In this document: one piece after another, positions 11,305-22,957 of the stretch | How the letters are laid out: each line of letters begins with the position of its first letter | How positions within the stretch are numbered: position 1 is the stretch's first letter | Source of the DNA: Octopus sinensis | Taxonomy: Eukaryota | Assembly: GCF_006345805.1 (NCBI RefSeq) | Contig: NC_042998.1 | Span: 41,912,001-41,976,000, forward strand | Reading direction: 5' to 3' | Length of the DNA: 64,000 nucleotides | The notes under the pieces: model-generated | The model's database searches: none | What the model was told of the DNA's origin: nothing | The model's input: the letters and a program-made list of their open reading frames with translations, nothing else | Made by a program: the position numbers and the translations under genes

Positions 11305-11965
11305 GATTTTGGCAAAAGCTAGCAGTTTTAAGGAGAGAGGGTTAATTGATTACATCGACTCATTACTTAATTGGCACTTCATTTTATTGACCTCAGAAAG
11401 GCAAAGTTGACTTTGACAGTATTTGAACTCAGAACACACAGTCAGAAGAAATGCTGCCAAGCATTTTATCTGATGCTCTAACGATTCTATCAGCTCTCTG
11501 TCTGAAATAAATGGTTTCTAATTGTAGGCACAAGGCCAGCAATTTGGAGGGGACAGGGTTAATATGATCAACCTTTTAGTACTTGACTAGGTGGTGAGCT
11601 GGCAAAATCATTAGTACATCGGGCAAAATATTTAGTGACATTTTGCCTGTCTTTTATTTTGGATTCAAATGCTATCAAAGTTGACTTTATCCTTCATTCT
11701 TTTGGGGTTGATAAAATAAGTACCAGCTAAGTACTGAAGTTGATGCAATCAACTTGCCCCTCCCCCAAAATTGCTGGCCTTATGCCAAAATCTGAAATCA
11801 ACCTTAGTACTTGACCAATACTTGGTTTTATCAACCTCAAAGGATGAAAGGCAAAATTAACCTCAGCAGTATTTTGATCTCAGAAAGTAAAGAAGTAAAG
11901 AGCTGGAACAAATACCACAAAACATGTTCTCTGATGGTCTAATGATTCTAGCTTGTTGCTTTAAT
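11305..11965. mobile_element. Cluster of family B SINEs (Deu/Nin-domain-like) in alternating orientation
   Basis: TTGACTTT(G)CC-TTCAT-CTTTTGGGGTTGATAAAATAAGTACC core on + at about 11590-11790, reverse-complement copies on both sides. Confidence 0.75.
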
Positions 11966-12746
11966 AATGATGATAACGATAATGATAATTTTAAATCACA
12001 TCCAATGACTTCTGTTTGTTTTCCAGTACCAATTATTTCATGAAACTATATTATTATTTTTTCATCAAAACTTTAACCTGCTTAGAAAAAAAACAAAACA
12101 AAAAAAAACATTTCGAACAATTGAAACATTCTCCATCTATGGCTTTAATCAATTGCATTGTGGGAGAACTAGTGGTAGCTCTCTACTATGAACAATTACC
12201 ATCTGTGTGTGTGTATTGAATATAATGATGAAGAAATTTCTTTATTCTTTCACTCATTTTTTAATATTTTTCCTTTTTAAGTGTCATTAAATTGTGTTGT
12301 GAAAAATTATCTGAATGATGATAGTAAAATGGATTGTGAGAAAATTATCCACAGAAAAACAAACAAAATCTTTAAATGAATAACCAAAAAAAAAAAAAAT
12401 AAATAAAAACCGAAAAAGTAGTGTCTAGACAACAATCTCTTTTCATTGCATCATTGCTCAGTGTCTGATTGTTATTTCTATGGATTATTCTTAGGTTATT
12501 CTAGCATTACATCATTACAGAGGATTGCTATATACAGTCATATTCTGAAGATTGTTACACCTCTGTCCTTAGATAACCCAAAACTACATCCCCAATCCAT
12601 CTATGCAGATACTGTTTCACCATTTATTGTTGTCAAGGAGGTGTCTCGTACTACTGTTATTGTTACGAAAACACTGTCTCTTGGCTCTTTTCCTTCAGTA
12701 GTCATGTTTTGTTTGTTTATTATATTATTTGTTTTTCATTGCTAGT

Positions 12747-12804
12747 TTACGTCACAAAGAAAAAAAAAATCAATGTGACGTCAATTAGTTACCGGCGCTA
12801 TAAG
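12747..12804 (+). promoter_or_regulatory. Candidate bZIP (CREB/ATF) plus TATA promoter module
   Basis: TTACGTCA 12747-12754, palindromic TGACGTCA 12776-12783, TATAAG 12799-12804, local CpG cluster, GTAAGT donor at 12969. Confidence 0.4.
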
Positions 12805-13839
12805 CATCTACTAAAATGCAATCTTTACCATCATGTGCTGCTTGTCATAAGCACAGCTGTAAATTGCTACAATTGGAAGATGGCTTTTTTTCCTTCTGTT
12901 TTGTTCTCTGATTTATACACACAAATAGACATATATTCATTTGTATGTGTTTATGTGTGACTGTTTATGTAAGTGTGTGCTTATGTGTATGTGTATGCAT
13001 GTGTACATGACATATACACATCTACATGAATATACATATACTCATAAGCATCCGCATGCAGATATAGGCAGAAACGCACACACACACACACACACACATA
13101 CACAATTATATGTGTATATATTTTCATTCATTTTCCCTTTTCGTCTACCCCACCCACCTTTTCATTTTTTTTTACCATTATTTTTCATTATTCTTATGAT
13201 TGTTATTCTTCTTTCATTGTCTCTGCTACTCAGTTCCTCCTTTGGGTGTGCCACCACTACCAGTTCCTCTCTTGTCTCCCCTTCACTGCTGCTCTACAGT
13301 AATTCTTTCACTGTTTCTATCTTTCTTCTGTATCTCTGCTCTGCCTGTCTCTTTCCTGTGCATCTTCTTTCTTGTGTGCGTGTGTGTGTTTATCAATATT
13401 GCTCAAGTGAGAAGCACAACATCTTGTATTGGTGCAGGGCTATATATCTATCTGTCTCTTACTCTCTCTCTCCCTCAGTCTCTTGTTCACAGCCGCTCAC
13501 TCACGTATGTATCATTGCTTCTTTCTTTTTTTAATCTCCATTTTTTTAAGTCAGTTTGAGTTTCAGGGGTAAAGGCTGTTTCATTCCCTTTTTTTAACCT
13601 TCTTACTGATACACTCTTTCATTTCCTCCTTAAAAAAGATACTTGATGACACATTCCACAAAATTTGACCTTTCCTCCCCTTTCTCTCCTCCCTAATCCT
13701 GCCATGATTTCTCAATATCACTCTCCCTATTCTCTGTCATGTTTCAGTATAAATTATACAGTTGATTTACATTTGACCTCTCTTAAATATGAAATGTCCT
13801 CCAAGTAATTATACATACATACAAGTATACACATACACA

Positions 13840-13875
<36 letters not shown>

Positions 13876-14039
13876 TATAAGAAATAAAAAATTCAAATGG
13901 TTCTGTAATGTTCTCTGTATGACTATAAATATATATATATACACATCACAGGTATATATATATACATGTATGTATATATTGGTTGTATAGGTAGATCTAT
14001 ATAAATGTATAGGTATATATATTTAGCTCTATTTGTACA

Positions 14040-14110
14040 TATATATATGTGTGTGTAAACGTATATATATTATATATACATGTTCATGTGTGTGTATGCA
14101 CGTATATATA

Positions 14111-14148
<38 letters not shown>

Positions 14149-14150
14149 AT

Positions 14151-14247
<97 letters not shown>

Positions 14248-14264
14248 GATATATATATATAATA

Positions 14265-14295
<31 letters not shown>

Positions 14296-14366
14296 ATAAT
14301 ATATAATATATATATAATATATATTATATATAATATATATATATATAATATATATATATATAATAT

Positions 14367-14423
<57 letters not shown>

Positions 14424-14434
14424 ATAATATATAT

Positions 14435-14468
<34 letters not shown>

Positions 14469-14500
14469 ATATATATATATATATATAATATATATAGTAA
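14040..14500. repeat. Long interrupted (TA)n tract
   Basis: About 0.45 kb of TA dinucleotide with recurrent TAA/TAT phase shifts. Confidence 0.95.
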
Positions 14501-14883
14501 TCTATTATAATCAAACATTTTAATGATTCTGAGAAGTGCAACATCTTCTATTTCTTCTATCTGTAATTTTTCTATAATAATAAGGTCTTTTGAACATTTT
14601 TTTCACCATCCATTTGCATTCGTTCCACCTAATATTTTCCCCACATCTCTTTCTCCTCCAAATCTTTCTGCATCTTCTACTGATCTCATACACTGTAAAT
14701 GACTGCCACTATCTGTGATGCAATCATTGGGTATGTATGTGTACGTCTGTATATGTGAGTGTGTATGCGTATCTCCCTGTGTCTGCATGTGTGTGTGTGT
14801 ATGTGTGTGTGTGCGTGTGTGCGTGCATGTCTGTGTGTCTGTGTATATGTTCTCAATTTCTAGCATTAGGTATATTTACTCAG

Positions 14884-14918
14884 GCAGTGAAAGACAGTTA
14901 TTGATTTGTTATTGAAAG
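14884..14918 (+). other. Candidate 35-nt non-coding exon
   Basis: atatttactcag|GCAGTG...GAAAG|gtaaga; stop codons in all three frames. Confidence 0.35.
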
Positions 14919-15733
14919 GTAAGAATGGTATTGTTGAATATGCCTCTGTATTGGTAAAGCTCTTAACACAATGTGATTGATATTGGCAAGTCATTCGCAA
15001 TTCTAGTGTGTCCTTTCTAGTCAGGTAAGAGCATTATCTCTATCTGCAAAACCTAAACATACTGTTAACTCTTTAAAAAAAAAAAAAAAAAGAAGCAATT
15101 ACAGCAGTGGCTGCAAGTCACCTCCTTGCATCTGTTCTATGTCATTTGATTTATCATGCTGAAGTAAGAGAGACCTAGTGATAGCCTTAGAAAAAAAGAA
15201 AAAGAAAAAAAAAACACCTGATTTCCAAACAGATTTACTACAGGATATAAATTCTTTGTTAATTATAAGCATTTACAAAACAAAAAAGAAAAAAAAAGAT
15301 AGGGTGGGTGTAATTTTTAGGTGATTCAATATTTTGTCTTATTTCATCTCTTTGCGTTTTTCTAATACCACAGATGATTATTTCCTTCGGTTTTCTATTT
15401 TGTGTCGATTGTGATCACTCATACACCATAATATAATATGATGTATGTTTGTAGCTGTGGAAATAAATCTGTGTGTTTAAGTGAAATGATCAATGGCACA
15501 TACAAAATTTTTTTAATTGCCCCTTCACTCATTCTCCTACTCTCTTTCTCTGTGTGTGCATGTATAAATATATATATATATATATAATATATAATATAAG
15601 ACTTCTTATTCAGAAACGTTGCAAAAGCATCATTTTATTTTTCTCCATTTTTCTGTCTATCCTATCAATCTTCAGACATTTCAGTTTGATTTCACTGCAT
15701 TTCCAAAATGCCAGAGTGGAAAAGTCTATGTCT

Positions 15734-16148
15734 ACACACACACACACCACACACAAATAGCAAAAACAATTAATAGCAGCTGAACACTGAACCGTTACTG
15801 TTGTAGTTGTTGCTGTTACTGGTATTAATGATGATGATGATGATGATGAGTATGATGATGATGATGATGATGATGATGATCATAGGTATGCTGTTGAAAC
15901 AGGGATCAACATTGAAAATGGCATTTGTGTTTATTGCAGTCATACCAGTCGTGTTGCTTTGATTGACTACATCTTGTGTGCATCATCCATGTGTGTCTGG
16001 TTACTTTCATCTGTCAAATCTACTGTATTGTCAGTTAGTATAAGATCTCTCTCTGTCTCTCTCTCTCTTTCTTATTCTCCCTTTCATGTGTATATATGTG
16101 CATACACTCACACACAAATATACATACATGCACACACATATGTGTGTT

Positions 16149-16189
<41 letters not shown>

Positions 16190-17091
16190 TCATACATTCA
16201 TGCATACATAGTATGTTTGTAGGAGCAGTAATTGATCACATCAATGGACTCCTATGTATATATATATACATGTATTTACACATATATGTATGTGTGTGCA
16301 TATATATACCATCCTCCTCATCATCATCATGTATACCTATACACATACATACACACACACACATACATACACATACACATACATACACATAAAATATATA
16401 TATGAATTATATTTTTCATACTCAGTTGTGCCAGTTTCAATAAGATCTCTCTCATTCTCCTTTTCATGTATGTATGTATATATGGTGTGTGTGTGTGTGT
16501 GTATTTATTGATAATCAAACATATACTCATTTTTTTTTTTAGTTCTATTTTCCTGTTTGCATCACTGAAAACACACACATGAATTAAATATTTCTCATTT
16601 TTGGTTATGTGTATATATCTACATATGTGCTCATGTGTATGAATATGTATCTGTATATATATATATACACGCACACACACACACACACACCACACACAAA
16701 TAGCAAAAACAATTAATAGCAGCTGAACACTGAACCGTTACTGTTGTAGTTGTTGCTGTTACTGGTATTAATGATGATGATGATGATGATGAGTATGATG
16801 ATGATGATGATGATGATGATGATCATAGGTATGCTGTTGAAACAGGGATCAACATTGAAAATGGCATTTGTGTTTATTGCAGTCATACCAGTCGTGTTGC
16901 TTTGATTGACTACATCTTGTGTGCATCATCCATGTGTGTCTGGTTACTTTCATCTGTCAAATCTACTGTATTGTCAGTTAGTATAAGATCTCTCTCTGTC
17001 TCTCTCTCTCTTTCTTATTCTCCCTTTCATGTGTATATATGTGCATACACTCACACACAAATATACATACATGCACACACATATGTGTGTT

Positions 17092-17132
<41 letters not shown>

Positions 17133-17611
17133 TCATACATTCATGCATACATAGTATGTTTGTAGGAGCAGTAATTGATCACATCAATGGACTCCTAATA
17201 TGTATATATATATACATGTATTTACACATATATGTATGTGTGTGCATATATATACCATCCTCCTCATCATCATGTATACCTATACACATACATACACACA
17301 CACACATACATACACATACACATACATACACATAAAATATATATATGAATTATATTTTTCATACTCAGTTGTGCCAGTTTCAATAAGATCTCTCTCATTC
17401 TCCTTTTCATGTATGTATGTATATATGGTGTGTGTGTGTGTGTGTGTATTTATTGATAATCAAACATATACTCATTTTTTTTTTTAGTTCTATTTTCCTG
17501 TTTGCATCACTGAAAACACACACATGAATTAAATATTTCTCATTTTTGGTTATGTGTATATATCTACATATGTGCTCATGTGTATGAATATGTATCTGTA
17601 TATATATATAT

Positions 17612-17646
<35 letters not shown>
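15734..17646. repeat. Direct tandem duplication, period about 943 bp
   Basis: Identical ORFs at 15959 and 16902; only small indels seen; junction and ends lie in (CA)n tracts. Confidence 0.95.
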
Positions 17647-17699
<53 letters not shown>

Positions 17700-18139
17700 G
17701 TATAGGTGTGTATGGTGGTATATATATAATGGTAAATGTATGAAGCATTTATGTATTTGCTCCAAGAACAGACACTATTTGTTTAAAATTATATATAAAA
17801 TTATTGATTTAGATTAACAAGTTGTCTATTCGAGTGTGTTAAGCCATTTGATTGGTGTAAGCTAACGTTGCACTCCGCTCCCTAATGTTTTGTTACAAAA
17901 TGAGCATTGCTACTTTAATGTCATATCTACTGCTGTTTCTTTTATTGTTAATATTCCTCACATATTGGAGTCTGATGCTTTTGTCTTACTGTTATCCTTA
18001 CAGTCTGTTCTTTTCGTTTCACTTTTCCTCTTTCGTTGTTCATATAGAATCCATTCTTTAATTATTTGGATTGAATTTTATGTTCCATTCCAAAGCAATT
18101 TCAGGCAATTTGATATCTCCATATTGGTTGTTGCTATAG

Positions 18140-18315
18140 TTGTTTGTTGTTGTTGTTGTCATCGTCGTTGTTGTTGTTGTTGTTCTTCTTCTTCGTTGTC
18201 GTCTTCTTCTTCCTTGTCGTCTTCTTCTTCTTCTTCTTCTTCTTCTTCTTCTTCTTCTTCTTCTTCTTCTTCTTCTTCTTCTTCTTCTTCTTCTTCTTCT
18301 TCTTCTTCTTCTTCT
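18140..18315. repeat. Compound trinucleotide microsatellite (GTT)n-(GTC)-(TTC)n
   Basis: Directly visible; pure (CTT)n from about 18221 to 18314. Confidence 0.95.
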
Positions 18316-19810
18316 CACCCTCCTCCCCTTCCTCACCATCACCTCTCTTTTTATAAATGGTTCATGGTGAGGCAAAAACAGTAAAGCACCAGACTAAATG
18401 TCTTCAAGAATTTAGTTTTCTTCCCATACGTACTGAGTTCACTAGTGTTATTAACTTTTACATTTCATCTCATTGGAAGCTAATAAAATAAGTATCAGAC
18501 CCCTACTTGGTTTCATTCTCTTTAGTATTTTCCTCTCCTATGTAAATAAAAATAAAAAAAAATTTAAAAATTAATAATAAAAAATTATCATTGGATTGCA
18601 TTTGTTATTATTATGGAAAGCATCATAGAATAAGCAATATGCTCCCTGCAAGCTATGTCTTTGACCCAGTTTTGATTCTAAGATGAAGCTATTTCACCTC
18701 AATTATGCTGCTAATGCAATTAAGAAAGGCACAAACATTATACTATCCTATTTGTCATGTTCTGCAGAGCTGAAGGCATTAACAGCAAAAGGAGAAAAAA
18801 AAAGAAAAAAAAAAGGAAAATAGTCATTATTTTTGTTATTTACTGCAGTTTGCTCACAGCCATCAACCTCTGCAGATTTTGTATGTTGTTCTGTGCATGT
18901 GTATGTGTGTGTGTTATTGCGATTTCATTGAAAGTATGTCATTTTCATTGACTCTGTTAGTTCCAATGAAAATTAGAACTCCCAAACAGTTCAGTACAGT
19001 TATGACTTGGTGCAATATGGACAGTATAATTATAGTGAACAAGTCAATTTTACTTAATTCTTCATGAAATTTGTGTAAATCTATGAACTATACATCTATA
19101 TCTCCCTCCCTCTCTCCCTCCCTCCCCGTTTCTCTCCCTCCTTCCTTCCTTCTCTGTCGGAATTTCATAATGAAATAAATTTTAAATAATGCTCCCCCTT
19201 CACCAAGTTCTAATTTTAGTTTAAAAGTTAGACTGATGTAAAGAAAAAGATATGAATGTAGTTATGTTTTGAGAATCATGTATTTAAAAAAAAAATTCAT
19301 CATAGTTATTCAAATGGAAATGATTAGATTAATTATAAATTTGTGCTCTAATATATTGATGAAAGCACTTACAAAATAAAGTATTTTGTTTAATTTCTTT
19401 GATTTAGTGGGACCATATTTTGGTCAAGGTTGAATTTTATAATACAAAGTATGTTATTAAAAGGGGAAAGAAGTCTGTAAATGTTTTAAGATGATTTGTA
19501 ATTTGGTTTGAGATAGGGATTGTTACTTTTCAGTTTATTTACAACTATTCGGTAAATGCAGTTTAAATTATTAAATTTTAAATTTCATTTTGTTATCATC
19601 ATAACAATAGTATTGATAATGATAATAATTACATTAGAAAAAGCAATATTTGTTAATTGATTTTATTTATTTACTTATTTATCTAAGCTGTCTTGTTACA
19701 TATACTAGTTACAATTGTATCGCTGAAGAAAAGAAATGCATCAAATTGTGAAATATTTAGGGTCCAAATGAAGATGTTTTTTCTATCATTATTATTAATA
19801 GACTAATCCT

Positions 19811-20186
19811 CCTCTCTCAAAAATTGCTGGCCTTGCACTTAAATTAGAAACCAGCTGGTAGAATCATTAGCATGCTGGGCAAAATGCTTTACAGCTTTTT
19901 TGCCCATCTTTATGTTCTGAGTTCCAATTTTGCTGAGGTCGACTTTGCCTTTCATCTTTTCAGGGTGGATATAGAAAATGTCAAAGGCTGTCATGTCTGT
20001 AAGCAATGTGGGTTCAAGTCCCAGTGGCAGTCTTTCACTTTTTCTATCAAAAAGGGGTTTTTCAATCCAATATCTACATGCTATTATTTATAGCTTAATG
20101 TGATGTGCCTCAAGAGCAAATACTCCAAAAACAAAAAAATTAATATTTCACTCTCTCTCAAAAGTTTATAAATTCTTATGATATCA

Positions 20187-20232
<46 letters not shown>

Positions 20233-20948
20233 GGGTGGTGAACTGGCTGAATCATTAGTGCACCAGGCAAAATGCTCAGTGGCATTTTGTCTGTCTTTAT
20301 GTTCTGAGTTCAAATTCCGCCAAGGTCAACTTTGCCTTTCATCCTTTCAGGGCCCATAAACTAAGTACCAGTGAAACACTGGAGTTGATGTAAATGACTA
20401 GTCTTCTTCCCCCAAATTTCAGTCCTTGTGCCTTTAGTAGAAAGGATTATTATTATTATTATTATTATTAAGGCAACATGCTGGTAGAATTGATACTAGA
20501 CCAATCAAAATGCTTAGTTGCATTTCTTCTGTCTCTTTATATTTTGAGTTCAAATACTGCTGATAAAATAAAAGTACCACTGGAGCACTGGGGTCAATGT
20601 AATTGTCTTATCCCTTCCTCTAAAAAATTGCTGGCTTTGTGCCAAAATTAGAAAGAATTATTATTATTATTATTGTTTTACTTCTCAGAGTGCTCAATCT
20701 TGTTCGCTCTGGTTGATTCTGTGAGAGCAGCCTGAAGGTAGTGAGCTGGCAGAATCTTTAGCATGACAGGCAAAATGTTTAGTGGTATCTCATCCATCTT
20801 TATGTTCTGGGCTCAAATTCCACTGAGGTCAACTTTGCCTTTCATCCTTTCAGGGCTGATAAAATGAAGTACTTTTTAAGTATTGGGTTGATGTAAGCAA
20901 CCTTTCTCTCCCCTCAAAATTGCTAGCTCTGTGCTAAAATTTGAAAAC

Positions 20949-20950
<2 letters not shown>
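19811..20950 (+). mobile_element. Head-to-tail array of family B SINEs separated by (ATT)n tails
   Basis: Copies at about 19853-19985, 20232-20450, 20471-20660 and 20736-20945; most end GAAAGG/GAAAGA/GAAAACC-ATTATT. More copies near 21580, 21770, 22180, 44930, 45200, 47575, 56290 and 63230 (-). Confidence 0.8.
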
Positions 20951-20986
<36 letters not shown>

Positions 20987-21028
20987 TATTATTATTATTA
21001 TTATTATTGTTGTTGTTGTTTCTGTTAT

Positions 21029-21366
21029 TTTACTTCTCAAAGCTCTCAGTTTTACTTGCTCTGGTTGATTCTGTGAGAGTGGACAGCAACCTGTTGTCAG
21101 AGGTCTCACAGTGTCTCTTTCTGTAAATTATAAGCTTTGGGACTTGGGTGTTCACTTATTTTGGAAGACATTCAACACCCAAGCACCAATCTCAAAAACC
21201 TAGCTGTCCTCAGTGGAGCAGTTTTTTGGGTCTACTCTGCCCTCATATCAATTCCAATTTCTCCAACATATTTCTTGAACCTGGTTGTTAGTGCTCCAAA
21301 TGCCTCTACAACTCCTGAGATAACAATTACTCTACTCATTGCCCACATTCTTGCAATTTTGTCTTT
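21029..21366 (-). mobile_element. R4/Dong-type LINE 3' end
   Basis: Minus translation KIARMWAMSRVIVISGVVEAFGAL...TQKTAPLRTARFLRLVLGC, the C-terminus after the restriction-like endonuclease; flanked by (ATT)n; about 60-bp stub of the same tail at 20676-20735. Confidence 0.7.
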
Positions 21367-22094
21367 TATTATTATTATTATTTGTTTGGCTTTTGCTTTG
21401 TATTTATACAAGTTGACTCGAAGACCCACTCAGGGACCTCAAAAGACAACAAGTTAGAAGTTCAAGTTGGTGTTATGACTAGGGTGCCATGTATTTGGTT
21501 TTTCACAGAGTTTTGTTCGAGAAAATGTTTGTCAAAACATAAGTAGATAAGAAGTTTGTTCTAAAAGTAATTTGATTATAAGATGATAGTTTGATGTTAA
21601 GATGACAGTAAAAGGTATTTTTGCCTTTCATCCTTTCAGGGTCGATTAAATAAGTACCAATTATGTTCTGGGGTTGATGTAATCAACCGAATCCCTTCAC
21701 CCAAATTTGAGGTCTTATGCTTCCAGTAAAAAGAATTATTATATAAGTAGTAGAATGATGGGAATATAATTTAATGATTAAAAGTATTTAGTTGTGCCTT
21801 TCTTTGTGCTAAGTTCAAACCCCAATCTTTCTTCTTTCTGGAGTTGAGAAAATATATGCCAATCATACACTAGGGTTGATTCAATTATATTCATCGCTTA
21901 CAAATATATGATCACTTAAGAAATTATTATTGTTGTAAATATTAGCAAGGTCTGCCATGTATAAGTAGGCTCCTGGTGAAACATGCACACATATTAATAT
22001 CAATTTCTAACTGGAATCATTTGATTTTATTTGGAAAAGGATGATTATTAAATTTTTTCATTTCCTCCTTCATTGCAAATCATAGGCTTTGTAC

Positions 22095-22140
<46 letters not shown>

Positions 22141-22703
22141 AAGATTATTATAAATATTTTCTTTTGTTATTTTTGGTGGAGTAACAGAATTGGTAGAATT
22201 CTGGACTAAATACTTTGCTGCATTTGGATTATTTCCTCTTCATTTCATCACTTTAACAATCCCTAAATAAGTACTACTCATATGACTTGACCCCTTATGC
22301 CAATATGAAAACAAACAAACAAAAAAAAACATTGCTGTTGTTATCATCTTAATTCTTATGTTTATCATTATTGATATTTTGGTCTTGTATGATTGTTATC
22401 CTTGAAATATAATAATAGTTATTATTACAGCTGTTACCATTGTCATTATGTTATCATTATAGGTGTTGTGGAAATAATGGACATTGTATTATAGCATGTA
22501 TAGGCAAGATAGTTAGCTCTTTATGTCATGTTTTTAGGATTGGAGTGTAGGCTTTAAGTTCTTGAATTAGTGATCCAGTTTTCATTCTCAAATAAAACTA
22601 CTTCCTATATCTTTATACTTTTGGGAAAAGCAATAATCATTGCAAGCTCTATTTTCTCATCTATAAATCTAAGACATTGTATCTATGTATGAAATCATAA
22701 TTA

Positions 22704-22957
22704 GTGGAGGCGCGTGGCTTAGTGGTTAGGGTGTCAGCATCATGATCGTAAGATTTTGGTTTCGATTCCTGGACCAGGCGACGCGTTGTGTTCTTGAGCA
22801 AAGCACTTCATTTCACGTTGCTCCAGTCCACTCAGCTGGCAATAATGAGTAACGCTGTGATGGACTGGCATCCCGTCCAGCTGAGGAACACATACACGAT
22901 TGAAACCGGGCCCATGAGCCTGGCTAGGCTTTAAAAGAGTGCATTATTTTTATTTAT
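22704..22957 (+). mobile_element. Young tRNA-derived SINE (family C) with target-site duplication
   Basis: A box TGGCTTAGTGG, B box GGTTTCGATTCC, CpGs retained; 16-bp TSD TATGAAATCATAATTA (22688-22703) / TATGAAATCCTAATTA (22958-22973); older copy at about 52383-52510. Confidence 0.9.

Noticed and set aside
12941-13559. 197-aa and 119-aa hydrophobic ORFs resembling membrane proteins
   Set aside because: They arise from T/C-rich low-complexity DNA with overlapping open frames and no family motif
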